This document shows positions 27,971 through 40,583 of a DNA stretch of 62,024 nucleotides, in pieces. The position numbers and the translations under genes are program-made. The notes below the pieces were generated by a model that was given only the letters and a program-made list of their open reading frames with translations, searched no databases and was not told the DNA's origin. How positions within the stretch are numbered: the stretch's first letter is position 1; the number at the start of each line of letters is the position of its first letter. The stretch comes from Pseudomonadota bacterium (GTDB lineage Bacteria > Pseudomonadota > Gammaproteobacteria > Burkholderiales > Burkholderiaceae_C): NCBI GenBank assembly GCA_021814605.1, contig JAKAIB010000002.1:1-62024 (forward strand). The letters run 5' to 3'.

Positions 27971-28705
27971 CTACGCGGTGTTGCCGGCGTCCACCGTCAG
28001 CACGGTGCCGGTGACGTTGCGCGCCGCATCGCTGAGGAAATACGCGACCGCGTTGGCGATGTCGTCCGGCTCGGCCATGCGGTGCAGCGCGCTGCGCCGC
28101 GCGATCTGCGCGCGCTGGCCGGGATTGAGTTCGTGCGTCATCTCCGTCTCGACGAAGCCCGGTGCCACGGCATTGACGGTGATGTCGAGCCGGCCGAGTT
28201 CACGCGCCAGCGACCGGGTGAACCCGATCAACGCCGCCTTGGTCGCGCTGTAGGCCGACAAGCCGCTGTAGCCGGTCGCGGCCACGATCGAGCTGACATT
28301 GATGATGCGGTTGCCGCCCGAGGTCATCATCGCGCGCACGACGTATTTCGTCAGCACCATCGGCGAGAGCAGGTTGAGCCGCACCAGCCGCTCGATCTGC
28401 GCGTCGTGCATGGTGGCGAGAATGCCGCTCGATCCGATACCGGCGTTGTTGACCAGCGCGTGCAGCGCCCCGAACTCCTCGTGCAGCCGCTTCACCAGTG
28501 CGGGGATCTCGCCGATCTCGGCGAGGTCGCAGGCACGGAACCGGATCGCGCCATGGCCCGCCGCTTCGGCCTCGCGCGACGCTGCCGCCAGTCCCTCGTT
28601 GTCGCGGCGGGCCAGCGCGATCACCTGATGGCCCGACGCCGCAATCACGCGCGCCATCGCCAGGCCCAGCCCGCGGCTGCCGCCGGTGACGATGACGTTA
28701 CGCAC
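27971..28705 (-). CDS. SDR oxidoreductase, 3-oxoacyl-ACP reductase (FabG)-like
   Basis: TGGSRGLG, VNNAG, YSATK and VNAVAPGFVETEM motifs. Confidence 0.92.
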   Translation of the reverse strand: MRNVIVTGGSRGLGLAMARVIAASGHQVIALARRDNEGLAAASREAEAAGHGAIRFRACDLAEIGEIPALVKRLHEEFGALHALVNNAGIGSSGILATMHDAQIERLVRLNLLSPMVLTKYVVRAMMTSGGNRIINVSSIVAATGYSGLSAYSATKAALIGFTRSLARELGRLDITVNAVAPGFVETEMTHELNPGQRAQIARRSALHRMAEPDDIANAVAYFLSDAARNVTGTVLTVDAGNTA

Positions 28706-30074
28706 GCGCGCGCCGCAGCTTGCCCGATGGGGTCATGTCGAGCGACGGCACGACACGCACGGTCGCGGGGACCTTGTGCGCAGCCAGCGTGTCACGGCAG
28801 AGGTCGAGGATCTCGGCCTCGACCTGCTTGCCCGCGGCCGCCGGATCGGCCAGCACGATGTCGGCCACCACGATCGCGCCGATGATCGGGCTGCGCCGCG
28901 CCTTCACCAGCGACATCTCGACGCCGGGATGACGGTTGATGACGGCCTCGACTTCCTCGGGATGTACCTTCAGCCCGCCGACATTGATCACGCCGTCGCG
29001 GCGGCCGGCGAAGTGGTAGCGGTCCTCGCGCAACTCGACGAGGTCCTTGGTATCGACGAAGCCCTCCGCATCCGCGATCGGCTCCATGCCCTCGCCGAGA
29101 TAGCGGCTCGCCGCGCGCGGCGAGCGGATGCGCAGCGTATCGTCCTGCACGCGCAGGCTGATGCCGTTGCGGTCCTCGCTGAGCAGGGAAGCGGGAAATC
29201 CGGCGCGGCCGTCAGCAATCTCGAACGCAACGCCGGCTTCGGTGGAGGCGAAGGCGTGCGCCACCCGCGCGGTCGGATAGGTCTGGCGCAGCTTGTCGAG
29301 GATCGCCTGATCAGCCATCTCGCCCGACAGCCGCACGTCTTGCGGTGCGATCGCGCGCGCCGCGGGACTGAGCAGCGCGCGCCGCCAGTGTGTCGGCGTG
29401 CCGGAGATGAACGACACGCCGGCCGCTGCAGCGCGCGCGAGAAAGTCGCTTACCGGCTCTTCGGAGCCCGACAGTACCATCGAACCGCCGCCGATCAGCG
29501 CGCGCAGCAGGATCTGCAACCCGCCATAGCGGCGGATGTCATAGAACGTGCTCCAGACCTTCTCGCCGCTGGCGTTCGTCGTGCGCGCGATCGCGCCGGT
29601 CAGGCTGTGCAGCGAATGGATCGCCATTTTCGGCGGGCCGGTGGTGCCGGAGGTGAACAGCGCCCATTCGCTCGCCAGGCGCGGCACATCGGCCGGCCCG
29701 GCGACCGGCACGGGCACGCCGGGGACGATGCAGGGTGCTTGCAGATCGGGTATCGCCTGATCGGACACCACGATCCGCGCGTCGGCCGTCGCCATCACGC
29801 CGGGGAGGTGCTGCGGCCCGAGATCGGGCGGACATAGGACAATCCGCCGCGCCAGCCCGTCCAGTTCCAGCAGCGCCAGCGTGGTTGCAAGCTGCGTGCC
29901 GGTGGTGAGCACGACGTTCTCGCCGTGCAGCCGCTCGCGCTGCGCCCCGAAGATCGTCGCACCGGTCAGGCTGTCGAGCCCGACGCGCGCATGTTCATCG
30001 AGCAGGAACCGCCGCGCGAGCGGCCCCGCCGCCGCCGTCAACTCCCACAGCGACGCGTGGTCAGGCGGCGACAT
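28698..30074 (-). CDS. ANL-family adenylation enzyme (acyl-ACP/CoA ligase)
   Basis: FTSGTTGPPK, AFASTEAG, GRRDGVINVGGLKVHPEEVE and TPSGK motifs. Coupled to the ACP and the SDR by overlapping ends. Confidence 0.9.
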   Translation of the reverse strand: MSPPDHASLWELTAAAGPLARRFLLDEHARVGLDSLTGATIFGAQRERLHGENVVLTTGTQLATTLALLELDGLARRIVLCPPDLGPQHLPGVMATADARIVVSDQAIPDLQAPCIVPGVPVPVAGPADVPRLASEWALFTSGTTGPPKMAIHSLHSLTGAIARTTNASGEKVWSTFYDIRRYGGLQILLRALIGGGSMVLSGSEEPVSDFLARAAAAGVSFISGTPTHWRRALLSPAARAIAPQDVRLSGEMADQAILDKLRQTYPTARVAHAFASTEAGVAFEIADGRAGFPASLLSEDRNGISLRVQDDTLRIRSPRAASRYLGEGMEPIADAEGFVDTKDLVELREDRYHFAGRRDGVINVGGLKVHPEEVEAVINRHPGVEMSLVKARRSPIIGAIVVADIVLADPAAAGKQVEAEILDLCRDTLAAHKVPATVRVVPSLDMTPSGKLRRARA

Positions 30075-30309
30075 GTTGCTCGTAGAGTGCGACGAACTCG
30101 CCGAACGTCGCCGGCACGTCGATGTCCTCGGCGGCGCTGAACGGATCGGTGCCCAGCTTCGCTTCCAGGTTGGCGACGATGATCGCCAGGCACAGGGAAT
30201 CGATGCCCGAATCGAGCAGTGGCAGGTCGTCGGCAAGCGATGCGAGCTGGCGGTTCTGCTCGCGCGCCACGTCGCTGAACACGGTGAGCACGGTTTCACG
30301 GACTGACAT
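30061..30309 (-). CDS. Acyl carrier protein
   Basis: About 82-aa acidic protein with the LLDSGIDSLCLA Ppant-Ser motif. RBS GGGGGA upstream. Confidence 0.88.
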   Translation of the reverse strand: MSVRETVLTVFSDVAREQNRQLASLADDLPLLDSGIDSLCLAIIVANLEAKLGTDPFSAAEDIDVPATFGEFVALYEQHVAA

Positions 30310-30399
30310 GGATGATCCCCCGACACGGCTCGCGCCCGGCCGCGCGGTCACGATGGCAACCGCGCGCCCGGAATTTTTGGCATCAAAATGGTTGCAGTG

Positions 30400-31080
30400 T
30401 CAAGATTTATGCGATCCCCGCCGGATGGCATGTGGCATCACCGCCGGCAGCGCCGGTCCCCATGCCCGCGCGGCCCGCTGCACCAGCGCCGCCACTACCA
30501 ACGCCGGTCCGATCACGCTCAGCGCCGCGAACGGCAGATACGCCACGATGAATTTCAGGCTGTGGTACCGCTCTGGTTTGAAGAAATCCACGGCAAACGC
30601 ATAAGCGATGTAGTTCATCCCGACGACCTGCAGCACGCGCCACCCCACCTGCCCGAGCACGCGCCGCACCGCGCCGATCGAGGCAAGCGCGAGCAGGTAC
30701 ATGAAGATCAGCGCGATCCCGAAGAAGATGAACACGCCGATCACCGGCGCCGCGCCGATCCAGCACAGCCATGCGACCAGCGCGATATGCACGGTATGCG
30801 CCGAGGCGAAGGCAAGCCCGAACTCCCGCCCGCGTCGTTTGATCGGTTGAAAGCGCGGCCCGAACAGTGTGGCGAGCGCGCTGCCGGTATAGGCAAGCCA
30901 GAACAGCACGAACGAAAGCCGGGCGGTCACGATCAGGGCGTCATCGGTCCCCCGTTCGTCATGGCCGACCACGGCGAGCACCAGCAGCGCCACGACGGCG
31001 GCGGCAACGAACGCGATCGTCATCCAGCGCGCGATGTCGGAGCGTGCCTGCAAGGGCGGCTGCCGGAATGTCCCGTCCAT
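30400..31080 (-). CDS. Membrane protein, ferric-reductase-like (MsrQ-like) transmembrane domain
   Basis: About 6 TM helices. TARLS, RRGREFGLAFASAHTVH and WRVLQ resemble the MsrQ/ferric-reductase TM pattern. Confidence 0.5.
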   Translation of the reverse strand: MDGTFRQPPLQARSDIARWMTIAFVAAAVVALLVLAVVGHDERGTDDALIVTARLSFVLFWLAYTGSALATLFGPRFQPIKRRGREFGLAFASAHTVHIALVAWLCWIGAAPVIGVFIFFGIALIFMYLLALASIGAVRRVLGQVGWRVLQVVGMNYIAYAFAVDFFKPERYHSLKFIVAYLPFAALSVIGPALVVAALVQRAARAWGPALPAVMPHAIRRGSHKS

Positions 31081-31112
31081 TGGATCAATCCGTATCTCTT
31101 AACGATACGAAC

Positions 31113-32935
<1,823 letters not shown>

Positions 32936-32936
<1 letters not shown>

Positions 32937-34252
32937 CAGGACTTCTTCCCGCGGTTTGCACGGAACCGCGCCGCGCGCCCCGGCTGCGCCTGCTGGCGCG
33001 CGCGGCCGAACGCCATCGCATCCGCCTCGACATCCTCTGTGATGACACTGCCGGCGGCGATGAAGGCGCCATCACCGATGGAAAGCGGCGCGACCAGCAC
33101 GGCGTCCGAGCCGATGAACGCGCCGCTGCCGATGCGCGTGCGGTGCTTGGCGAAGCCGTCGTAGTTGCAGGTGATCGTCCCGGCGCCGACATTGGTTTTC
33201 GCGCCGATCTCGGAATCGCCGAGATAGGTGAGATGGTTCGCCTTGGCGCCCTCGCCGAGCACGGTCGCCTTCAGCTCGACGAAATTTCCGACATGTGCGC
33301 CGGCGCGAATATCGGTGCCGGGGCGCAGCCGCGCGAACGGCCCGACGATCGCGCCCTCCCCGATGCGGCAGCCGGTTAAATGGCAGAACGGCAGGATCTC
33401 CGCGCCGCTCTCCACGGTCACGCCGGGGCCGAACACGACGTGCGGCCCGACCGTGACGTCGGGCGCGAGCAGCGTGTCGAAGGCAAAGAAAACCGTCTCC
33501 GGCGCGATCAGGGTCGCACCACCCGCCATCGCCGCCTCGCGCAGCCCGCGCTGCACCGATGCCTCCGCCGCCGCCAGTTCGGCGCGCGAGTTGATGCCGC
33601 GCAACTCGCCATACGGCGCCTCGACAACGGCGACACGAGCACCCTCGGCCCGGGCCAGCGCCACCACGTCGGTCAGGTAGTATTCGCCCTTGGCATTGTC
33701 GCAGCCGACCCCGCGCAACCATGCGGCCATGCGCGGCGCGGACGCGCACAGGACGCCGGCATTACACAGGCCGACCATGCGCTCCTCCGCCGAGGCATCG
33801 GCCCATTCGACGATGCGCTCGACGAACCCGTCCGCGCCGATCACGCGGCCATAGCGGCCGGGGTCGTCGGGCCGCATGGCGAGCAGCGCCAGCCCGACAT
33901 CGCCCGCCGCGCGCCGCGCCAGCAGCCGGCGCAGCGTATCCGGCGCGATCAGGGGATTGTCGGCATACAGCACCGCCACCTCGCCCTCGCCGAACAGGTC
34001 GGCGGCCTGCAAGGCGGCGTGCGCGGTGCCGAGCCGTTCGTGCTGCACCACCACCGGATGCGGCGCGGCGACGGCGGCGAGCCGCTCGCCCTCCGGCCCC
34101 ACCACCACGACAATGCGGTCGAACACCTCGGCGACGCTGTCGATCAGGTGGCGCAGCATCGGGCGCCCGGCGAGCGGGTGCATCGCCTTGGGAAGGGCCG
34201 ATTTCATGCGGGTGCCGAGACCCGCGGCAAGGATGATTGCGGTCGTGGGCAT
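32936..34252 (-). CDS. glmU: Bifunctional UDP-GlcNAc pyrophosphorylase/GlcN-1-P N-acetyltransferase
   Basis: ILAAGLGTRMKS, GEYYLTD, GPFARLRPG, GNFVE, HLTYLGD and GAGTITCNYDG motifs, plus hexapeptide repeats. Confidence 0.97.
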
Positions 34253-34308
34253 GACATCCGGGTAGCGGGGGCGTGGTCTTCGTGTCAAAGACTTCGCGAT
34301 CACGCTTC

Positions 34309-34989
34309 ATGTCGCCGCGAAACGAGGTTGCCTTGCCCGGTCCCCGCACGCTTCTGCTCGATCTCGACGGCACGCTGGTCGATTCGGTCCCCGACCTCGC
34401 CGCCAGCCTCGCCCGGCTGTTCGCCGCCCGCGGGCTGGCACCGCTGCCGCCGGTCGAGGTCGCGGCCATGGTGGGCGACGGCGTGCGCAAGCTGCTCGAC
34501 CGCGCCTTCGCCGCACGTGGCGGCGCGCCCGACGAGCGCGACCTCGGCGATTACATGGCCGATTACGGCGCCCATCTGGCCGACGCGACGCGCCCCTATC
34601 CCGGCGCGGCAGCGGCGCTGGGCGGGCTGCGCGCGGCGGGCTGGCGCCTCGCCGTCTGCACCAACAAGCCCGAGGCGATGGCGCGCGGCGTGTTGACGGC
34701 AACCGGCCTGATGCCGCTGATCGACGCGGTCGGCGGCGGCGACAGTTTTCCCGTCCGCAAGCCCGATCCGGAGCATCTGCGCGCCACGCTGTCGCGCGCC
34801 GGCGGCGAGGCCGCACGGGCCGTCATGGCGGGCGATCACCGCAACGACATCGTCGCCGCCCGCGGCGCCGACATCCCGGTGATCTTTGCCGCCTGGGGCT
34901 ATGGCCCGCCCGCGATGGCCGAGGGCGCGGATGCGATTGCGCGGGACTTCGCGGATCTGGCGTCAATCGCCGCGCGGCTGTGTCCGTAG
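34309..34989 (+). CDS. gph: Phosphoglycolate phosphatase (HAD family)
   Basis: LLDLDGTLVDSVPDL, CTNKP, RKPDP and MAGD..NDI motifs. Divergent from glmU. Confidence 0.85.
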   Translation: MSPRNEVALPGPRTLLLDLDGTLVDSVPDLAASLARLFAARGLAPLPPVEVAAMVGDGVRKLLDRAFAARGGAPDERDLGDYMADYGAHLADATRPYPGAAAALGGLRAAGWRLAVCTNKPEAMARGVLTATGLMPLIDAVGGGDSFPVRKPDPEHLRATLSRAGGEAARAVMAGDHRNDIVAARGADIPVIFAAWGYGPPAMAEGADAIARDFADLASIAARLCP

Positions 34990-34997
34990 CGTCCGCG

Positions 34998-35813
34998 TCA
35001 GCCGAACCGGAACGCCGACAGCGCCTTGCCGGCCAGGTGCTCGCCATAGACGTGGCGGCCGACATCCGCGCCGGCCGCGCCGGCCGCGACCATCAGCGGG
35101 ATCAGATGCTCCTCCTCCGGATGGCAGACGCGCGCGAACGGTGCGGTCTCCCACTCGCGCAGCAGGGCGTCGCGGCGCTCGGGGTCCGGCGCGGTCGCGG
35201 CGGCCACCAGCCAGTCGTCGAAGGCCTGCGCCTCGGCATTCCCGCGGCCACTGAACAGCAGCCGCAGGTTGTGGTAGCTCATGCCCGAGCCGATGATCAG
35301 CACGTCCTGATCGCGCAGCGGCGCCAGCGCCCGGCCGATCGCCAGATGCGCCTGGGGGTCCAGCCCCTGTTGCAGCGACAGTTGCAGCACCGGGATATCG
35401 GCATCCGGGAACGCGACCTTGAGCGGGATGAACACGCCGTGGTCGAGGCCGCGGGTGCCGTCCTCCGCCGTCGCGATCCCGGCAGCGGCGAGCAGGCGCC
35501 GCACCTCGGCAGCGAGGTCGGGCGCGCCGGCGACCGGATAGGTCAGGCGATAGGTGTGCTCGGGGAAGCCATAATAGTCGAACAGCAGCGTCGGATGCGC
35601 GGCCGTGTTCACGGTCGGCCGCGGCGCCTCCCAATGGCCGGAGATCACCAGCAGCGCGCGCGGCCGCTGGGGCAGGCTGGCGGCGATGCCGCGCAGATAT
35701 TCCGCCATCCGGTCCCACAGATGCGGCGCGGCTTGCGGCGGGTCCATGAAGAAGCACGGGCCGCCGCCGTGCGGAATGAACAGGGTCGGCTGGCGGGCGC
35801 TGGTGACGCTCAT
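34998..35813 (-). CDS. DODA-type (class III/LigB-like) extradiol ring-cleavage dioxygenase
   Basis: FIPHGGGP, ISGHWE, FDYYGFP, RGLDHG, GSGMSYHN and HPEEEHLIPL motifs. Confidence 0.9.
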   Translation of the reverse strand: MSVTSARQPTLFIPHGGGPCFFMDPPQAAPHLWDRMAEYLRGIAASLPQRPRALLVISGHWEAPRPTVNTAAHPTLLFDYYGFPEHTYRLTYPVAGAPDLAAEVRRLLAAAGIATAEDGTRGLDHGVFIPLKVAFPDADIPVLQLSLQQGLDPQAHLAIGRALAPLRDQDVLIIGSGMSYHNLRLLFSGRGNAEAQAFDDWLVAAATAPDPERRDALLREWETAPFARVCHPEEEHLIPLMVAAGAAGADVGRHVYGEHLAGKALSAFRFG

Positions 35814-35909
35814 CTGATCGGGCTCCCGGAACGGCTGAAATATGGGAACGCGCTTCGATCCGCAAAACCGTGAGAGTCTCGATCGAACTGATCGATGCAG
35901 TCGATATGT

Positions 35910-37907
35910 TCAGTCCGACGCTGCGAGGCTGACCAGTTCCGCCCCGTCCTCCACAAGGTCGCCCGGGCGGCACCGCACCATCGCGACCGTGCCGTCGGCC
36001 GGGGCGACGATGCGCATCTGCACCTTCATCGCCTCCAGCAGCACCAGCACCGTCCCGCGCTCCACGTGCGACCCTTCCTCGACCAGCACGTCCAGCACGC
36101 GCCCCGGCATCGGCGCCAGCACGCGCCCGCCCGCTGCAAGGTCGGCGCCGGACGGCGCCAGCGGATCGAGGAAGCGCACCTCGGTCAGTACGCCGTCGCG
36201 GAACACGGAGACAACGTCGCCCTGCATCACGGCGCGCAGCCGCGTGCCGGTATCGCTGACGCGCAGCGCGACCACCCCCTCGCCCGCGTCGGCGGCCGAT
36301 ACCTCCGCCGGACCCTCGGGAAGACCGAGGCTGAAGCCACCATCCGGGCGCAGATGCGCGCGCAGCACGTGCTCAACCTCGCCGATGCGGACTGCGAAAT
36401 CCTGCCAGCCCTCGCCGTTCAGCCGCCACGCTGTCGCGAGCGCCCAGGGCGACCACGGATCTGCGTCGCCGCCGGCCGCACGCGCAGCCGCCTGCTCCGC
36501 GCGCAGGCGGCGGAACACCGCCGCGGCCAGCACCTCGCGCCCGGGTGGTGGCGGCGGGCGCAGCAGCGCTTCAGCGTGGCGCGCGATGAAGCCGGTGTCG
36601 AGTTGCGCGTCACGGAATGCCGGATGCGCCGCGATCGCGCGCAGCAGTGGCAGATTCGTCTGCACGCCGCCGATCTCGTACTGCGCCAGCGCCCCCGACA
36701 ACGCGCGCACGCAGGCGTCGCGGTCGCGCTCGTGCACGATCAGCTTGGCGATCATCGGATCGTAGTGGACCGAGATCGCATCGCCCTGGCGCACGCCTGT
36801 ATCGACACGCACCCGCGCGCCCTCGGCCGGCGCACGCAGATGATGCAGCGTGCCGACGGAAGGCGCGAAGTCGCGCGCCGGATCTTCGGCATAGACGCGC
36901 ATCTCGATGGCATGGCCGTCGATGCGCAAATCCTCCTGCCGCAGCGGCAGCGCTTCGCCGGAGGCGACACGCAACTGCCACTCCACCAGATCCTGGCCGG
37001 TGATCGCCTCAGTCACCGCGTGTTCAACCTGCAGGCGCGTGTTCATCTCCATGAAGTAGAACGCGCCGTCCTCGGCAATGAACTCGACAGTCCCGGCGCC
37101 GACATAGCCGACGGCGCCCGCGGCGGCGCAGGCGGCCTCGCCCATCGCCCGGCGACGTCCGGGATCCATGCCGGGCGCCGGCGCCTCCTCCACCACTTTC
37201 TGATGGCGGCGCTGGATCGAGCAGTCGCGCTCGAACAGCGACACGACATTGCCGCGCGCATCGGCGAATACCTGGATTTCGATGTGACGCGGGCGGGTCA
37301 GGTAGCGTTCGATCAGCACGCGGTCATCGCCGAACGCCGCGCGTGCCTCACCACGCGCGAGCGCCAGCGCGGCATCGAACTCGTCCGCGCGCGCCACCAC
37401 GCGCATCCCCTTGCCGCCGCCGCCCGCCGAGGCCTTGATGAGCACCGGATAGCCGATCTCCGCCGCCGCCGCGGCCAGCACTTCCGCATCCTGGTCGTCG
37501 CCATGATAGCCGGGCACGAGCGGCACGCCCGCGCGCTCCATCAGTGCCTTCGCCGCCGCCTTCGATCCCATCGCGCGGACCGCCGCCGGCGGCGGGCCGA
37601 TGAACACGACGCCGGCCGCCGCGCATGCTTCGGCAAATTCGGCATTCTCACTGAGGAATCCGTAGCCCGGATGGATCGCCTCGGCGCCGGTGGCGCGCGC
37701 GGCATCCAGGATGCGCGGGATCGACAGGTAGCTCTCACGTGCCGGCGCCGGCCCGATCCGCACCGATTCATCAGCGAGAGCGACGTGCATCGCCGAAGCG
37801 TCCGCATCGGAACACACCGCGACCGTGCGGATGCCGAGGCGGCGCGCCGTGCGAATGACGCGACAGGCGATCTCGCCGCGATTGGCGATCAGGATTTTGC
37901 TGAACAT
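35910..37907 (-). CDS. mccA: Methylcrotonyl-CoA (acyl-CoA) carboxylase biotin carboxylase/biotin carrier subunit alpha
   Basis: ILIANRGEIA, HPGYGFLSEN, GGGGKGMR, RDCSIQRRHQK, EMNTRLQVEH and the EAMK biotinylation motif. Confidence 0.9.
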   Translation of the reverse strand: MFSKILIANRGEIACRVIRTARRLGIRTVAVCSDADASAMHVALADESVRIGPAPARESYLSIPRILDAARATGAEAIHPGYGFLSENAEFAEACAAAGVVFIGPPPAAVRAMGSKAAAKALMERAGVPLVPGYHGDDQDAEVLAAAAAEIGYPVLIKASAGGGGKGMRVVARADEFDAALALARGEARAAFGDDRVLIERYLTRPRHIEIQVFADARGNVVSLFERDCSIQRRHQKVVEEAPAPGMDPGRRRAMGEAACAAAGAVGYVGAGTVEFIAEDGAFYFMEMNTRLQVEHAVTEAITGQDLVEWQLRVASGEALPLRQEDLRIDGHAIEMRVYAEDPARDFAPSVGTLHHLRAPAEGARVRVDTGVRQGDAISVHYDPMIAKLIVHERDRDACVRALSGALAQYEIGGVQTNLPLLRAIAAHPAFRDAQLDTGFIARHAEALLRPPPPPGREVLAAAVFRRLRAEQAAARAAGGDADPWSPWALATAWRLNGEGWQDFAVRIGEVEHVLRAHLRPDGGFSLGLPEGPAEVSAADAGEGVVALRVSDTGTRLRAVMQGDVVSVFRDGVLTEVRFLDPLAPSGADLAAGGRVLAPMPGRVLDVLVEEGSHVERGTVLVLLEAMKVQMRIVAPADGTVAMVRCRPGDLVEDGAELVSLAASD

Positions 37908-37912
37908 GCCGC

Positions 37913-39532
37913 TCACATGCGGAACACCCCGAAGCGCGACCCTGCGCCCCATCCCTCCACCGGCGCATTCAGCGACGCCGAGAGGCCGAGCGCCAGCACC
38001 ATGCGGGTCGCCGCAGGATCAATCACGCCGTCATCCCACAGCCGCGCGCTGGCGTAATACGGGTGGCCCTGCGTCTCGTACTGCGCCTCGATCGGTACGC
38101 GGAAGGCGGCTTCCTCCTCCGCCGGCCAACTCTCGCCGCGCGCCTCGATATTGTCGCGCCGAACCTGCGCCAGCACCGAAGCTGCCTGCGTCCCGCCCAT
38201 CACTGAGATTCGCGCATTCGGCCACATGAACAGCAGCCGCGGCGCGTAGGCACGGCCGCACATGCCGTAATTGCCGGCGCCGAAGCTGCCGCCGATGATG
38301 ATGGTGAATTTCGGCACCGGCGCGGTCGCGACCGCGGTGACGAGCTTCGCACCGTCCTTGGCAATGCCGCCGGCTTCGTATTTGCGTCCGACCATGAAGC
38401 CGGTGATGTTCTGCAGGAACACGAGCGGAATGCCGCGCTGCGCGCACAGCTCGATGAAATGCGCGCCCTTCACAGCACTCTCGCTGAACAGCACGCCGTT
38501 ATTGGCGAGGATGCCGACCGGATAGCCCCAGATGCGCGCGAACCCGGTGACCAGCGTCGTGCCATAGAGCGGCTTGAACTCGTCCAGCCGGCTGTCATCG
38601 ACGATGCGCGCGATCACCTCGCGCACCTCGTACGGTTCGCGCAGATCGGCGGGCACGACGCCGTAGATATCCTCGGCGGGGTAGCGCGGCGCGATCGGCT
38701 CGGTGAGATCGGGCGCACGCGGCTTGGCGCGGTTGAGGTTGGCGATGATGCGGCGCGCGAGCCCGAGCGCGTGCGCATCGCTCTCCGCCATGTGGTCGGT
38801 GACCCCGGAGATGCGGCTGTGTACCTCGGCGCCGCCAAGGTCCTCGGCCGAGACGATTTCGCCCGTCGCGGCCTTCACCAGCGGCGGGCCACCGAGAAAG
38901 ATCGTGCCCTGGCCGCGCACGATGATTGCCTCGTCGCTCATCGCCGGCACATAGGCGCCGCCGGCGGTGCAGGAGCCCATCACGACCGCGATCTGCGGAA
39001 TGCCGGCGGCGGACATCTGTGCCTGGTTGTAGAAGATGCGACCGAAATGCTCGCGGTCGGGAAACACCTCGTCCTGGTTGGGCAGGTTGGCACCGCCGCT
39101 GTCCACAAGATAAATGCAGGGCAGCCGGTTCTGCAGCGCGATCTCCTGCGCGCGCAGATGCTTCTTCACCGTCATCGGGTAGTAGGTGCCGCCCTTCACG
39201 GTTGCGTCGTTGGCGATGACGACGCATTCGCGCCCGGTGATTCGGCCGATGCCGGTGATGATGCCGGCCGCGGGAACGCTTTCGCCGTACATGCCGTACG
39301 CGGCAAGCTGCGAAAGCTCCAGGAATGGCGAGGCCGGATCGATCAGCCGGCGGATGCGTTCGCGCGGCAGCAATTTTCCCCGCGACGTGTGCCGGGCGCG
39401 CGCGGCCTCGCCGCCGCCGAGCCGGATGTCCTCGACGTTTGCGCGCAGATCGGAGACCAGCGCGCGCATCCTCTCCGCATTGGCGGCAAATCCGGCTGAG
39501 CCGGGGTGAACGCCGGAGGCGATGACCGACAT
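37913..39532 (-). CDS. mccB: Methylcrotonyl-CoA carboxylase carboxyltransferase subunit beta
   Basis: [40 protein letters not shown] and [11 protein letters not shown] motifs. ATG start at 39532. Confidence 0.93.
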   Translation of the reverse strand: MSVIASGVHPGSAGFAANAERMRALVSDLRANVEDIRLGGGEAARARHTSRGKLLPRERIRRLIDPASPFLELSQLAAYGMYGESVPAAGIITGIGRITGRECVVIANDATVKGGTYYPMTVKKHLRAQEIALQNRLPCIYLVDSGGANLPNQDEVFPDREHFGRIFYNQAQMSAAGIPQIAVVMGSCTAGGAYVPAMSDEAIIVRGQGTIFLGGPPLVKAATGEIVSAEDLGGAEVHSRISGVTDHMAESDAHALGLARRIIANLNRAKPRAPDLTEPIAPRYPAEDIYGVVPADLREPYEVREVIARIVDDSRLDEFKPLYGTTLVTGFARIWGYPVGILANNGVLFSESAVKGAHFIELCAQRGIPLVFLQNITGFMVGRKYEAGGIAKDGAKLVTAVATAPVPKFTIIIGGSFGAGNYGMCGRAYAPRLLFMWPNARISVMGGTQAASVLAQVRRDNIEARGESWPAEEEAAFRVPIEAQYETQGHPYYASARLWDDGVIDPAATRMVLALGLSASLNAPVEGWGAGSRFGVFRM

Positions 39533-39620
39533 GCGCGCGTTGCCCTCCCTCCCGGTCTGCATCATTCTGCCGCGAATCATGGCATTGGCCGCAATGGCAC
39601 GCAACCGGAGGGGACGAAGC

Positions 39621-40568
39621 ATGAACGAACGGCCGGACATCGCGGTGATCGGCAACCAGCGCCCGCACACCTTCGCGCTGCTGGAGGCGCGGTTCACGGT
39701 GCATCGGGTGTTCGAGGCGCCGGACCCGCTGGCAGCACTGCGCGCGATCGGCCCGCGCGTCCGTGGCGCCGCCTCGAACGGCATGGCCGGCCTGTCGCGC
39801 GCGCAGATCGAGGCAATGCCGAACCTGGAAATCGTCGCCATCAATGGCGTCGGGCTGGAAACGACCGATCTCGACGCGGCCCGGGCGCGCGGCATCACCG
39901 TGGCGACCGCGCCGGTCCTGTATGACGACGTGGCCGATCTGGCGATCACGCTGGCGCTGTCCGCCTGCCGGCGGATCCCGCAGGCCGACCGCTTCGTGCG
40001 CAGCGGTCTGTGGGGCAAGCAGCCCTGGCCGCTGGGACGAAAATTCACCGGCATGCGCGCCGGCATCATCGGCCTCGGCCGCATCGGCACCGAGATCGCG
40101 GCACGGCTGGCGGCGTTCAAGACGACGATCGCCTATGCCGACCCGGTCGCGCGCGACGTGCCGTATCGCCGCTACGACGACGCGGAATCGCTGGCCCGGG
40201 AGAGCGACGTGCTGTTCCTCGCCGCCGCCGGCGGCGCGAAGGGCACGCGCCCGCCGATCGTGGGTCGCGCGGTACTGGACGCGCTCGGCCCGCAGGGCGT
40301 GTTCGTCAACGTCGCGCGCGGCTGGATCGTGGACGAGGCGGCACTGGTCGCGGCACTTGTCGAAGGCCGGCTAGGTGCGGCCGGGTTGGACGTATTCCAC
40401 GACGAGCCGAGCGTGCCGCCGGCGCTGCTCACGCTCGACAACGTCGTGCTGACGCCGCACATCGCGAGTTCGACCGAGGAGACGATGCGGGCGATGGGCG
40501 AGTGCGTGGTCGGCAATCTGGTGTCGTGGTTCGAGGGCAAAGGGGCGCTGACGCCCGTTGCGATGTAG
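39621..40568 (+). CDS. D-isomer-specific 2-hydroxyacid dehydrogenase
   Basis: [24 protein letters not shown] and TPHIAS motifs. Confidence 0.92.
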   Translation: MNERPDIAVIGNQRPHTFALLEARFTVHRVFEAPDPLAALRAIGPRVRGAASNGMAGLSRAQIEAMPNLEIVAINGVGLETTDLDAARARGITVATAPVLYDDVADLAITLALSACRRIPQADRFVRSGLWGKQPWPLGRKFTGMRAGIIGLGRIGTEIAARLAAFKTTIAYADPVARDVPYRRYDDAESLARESDVLFLAAAGGAKGTRPPIVGRAVLDALGPQGVFVNVARGWIVDEAALVAALVEGRLGAAGLDVFHDEPSVPPALLTLDNVVLTPHIASSTEETMRAMGECVVGNLVSWFEGKGALTPVAM

Positions 40569-40583
40569 GACGTGCAACCATGA

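Noticed and set aside
26156-30309. NRPS/PKS cluster
   Set aside because: There is no condensation, ketosynthase or thioesterase module; only free-standing adenylation enzymes and carrier proteins.
30378-30396. Sigma54-like TGGCAT...TTGCA
   Set aside because: The spacing between the GG and GC elements is wrong, and the orientation does not serve a downstream gene.
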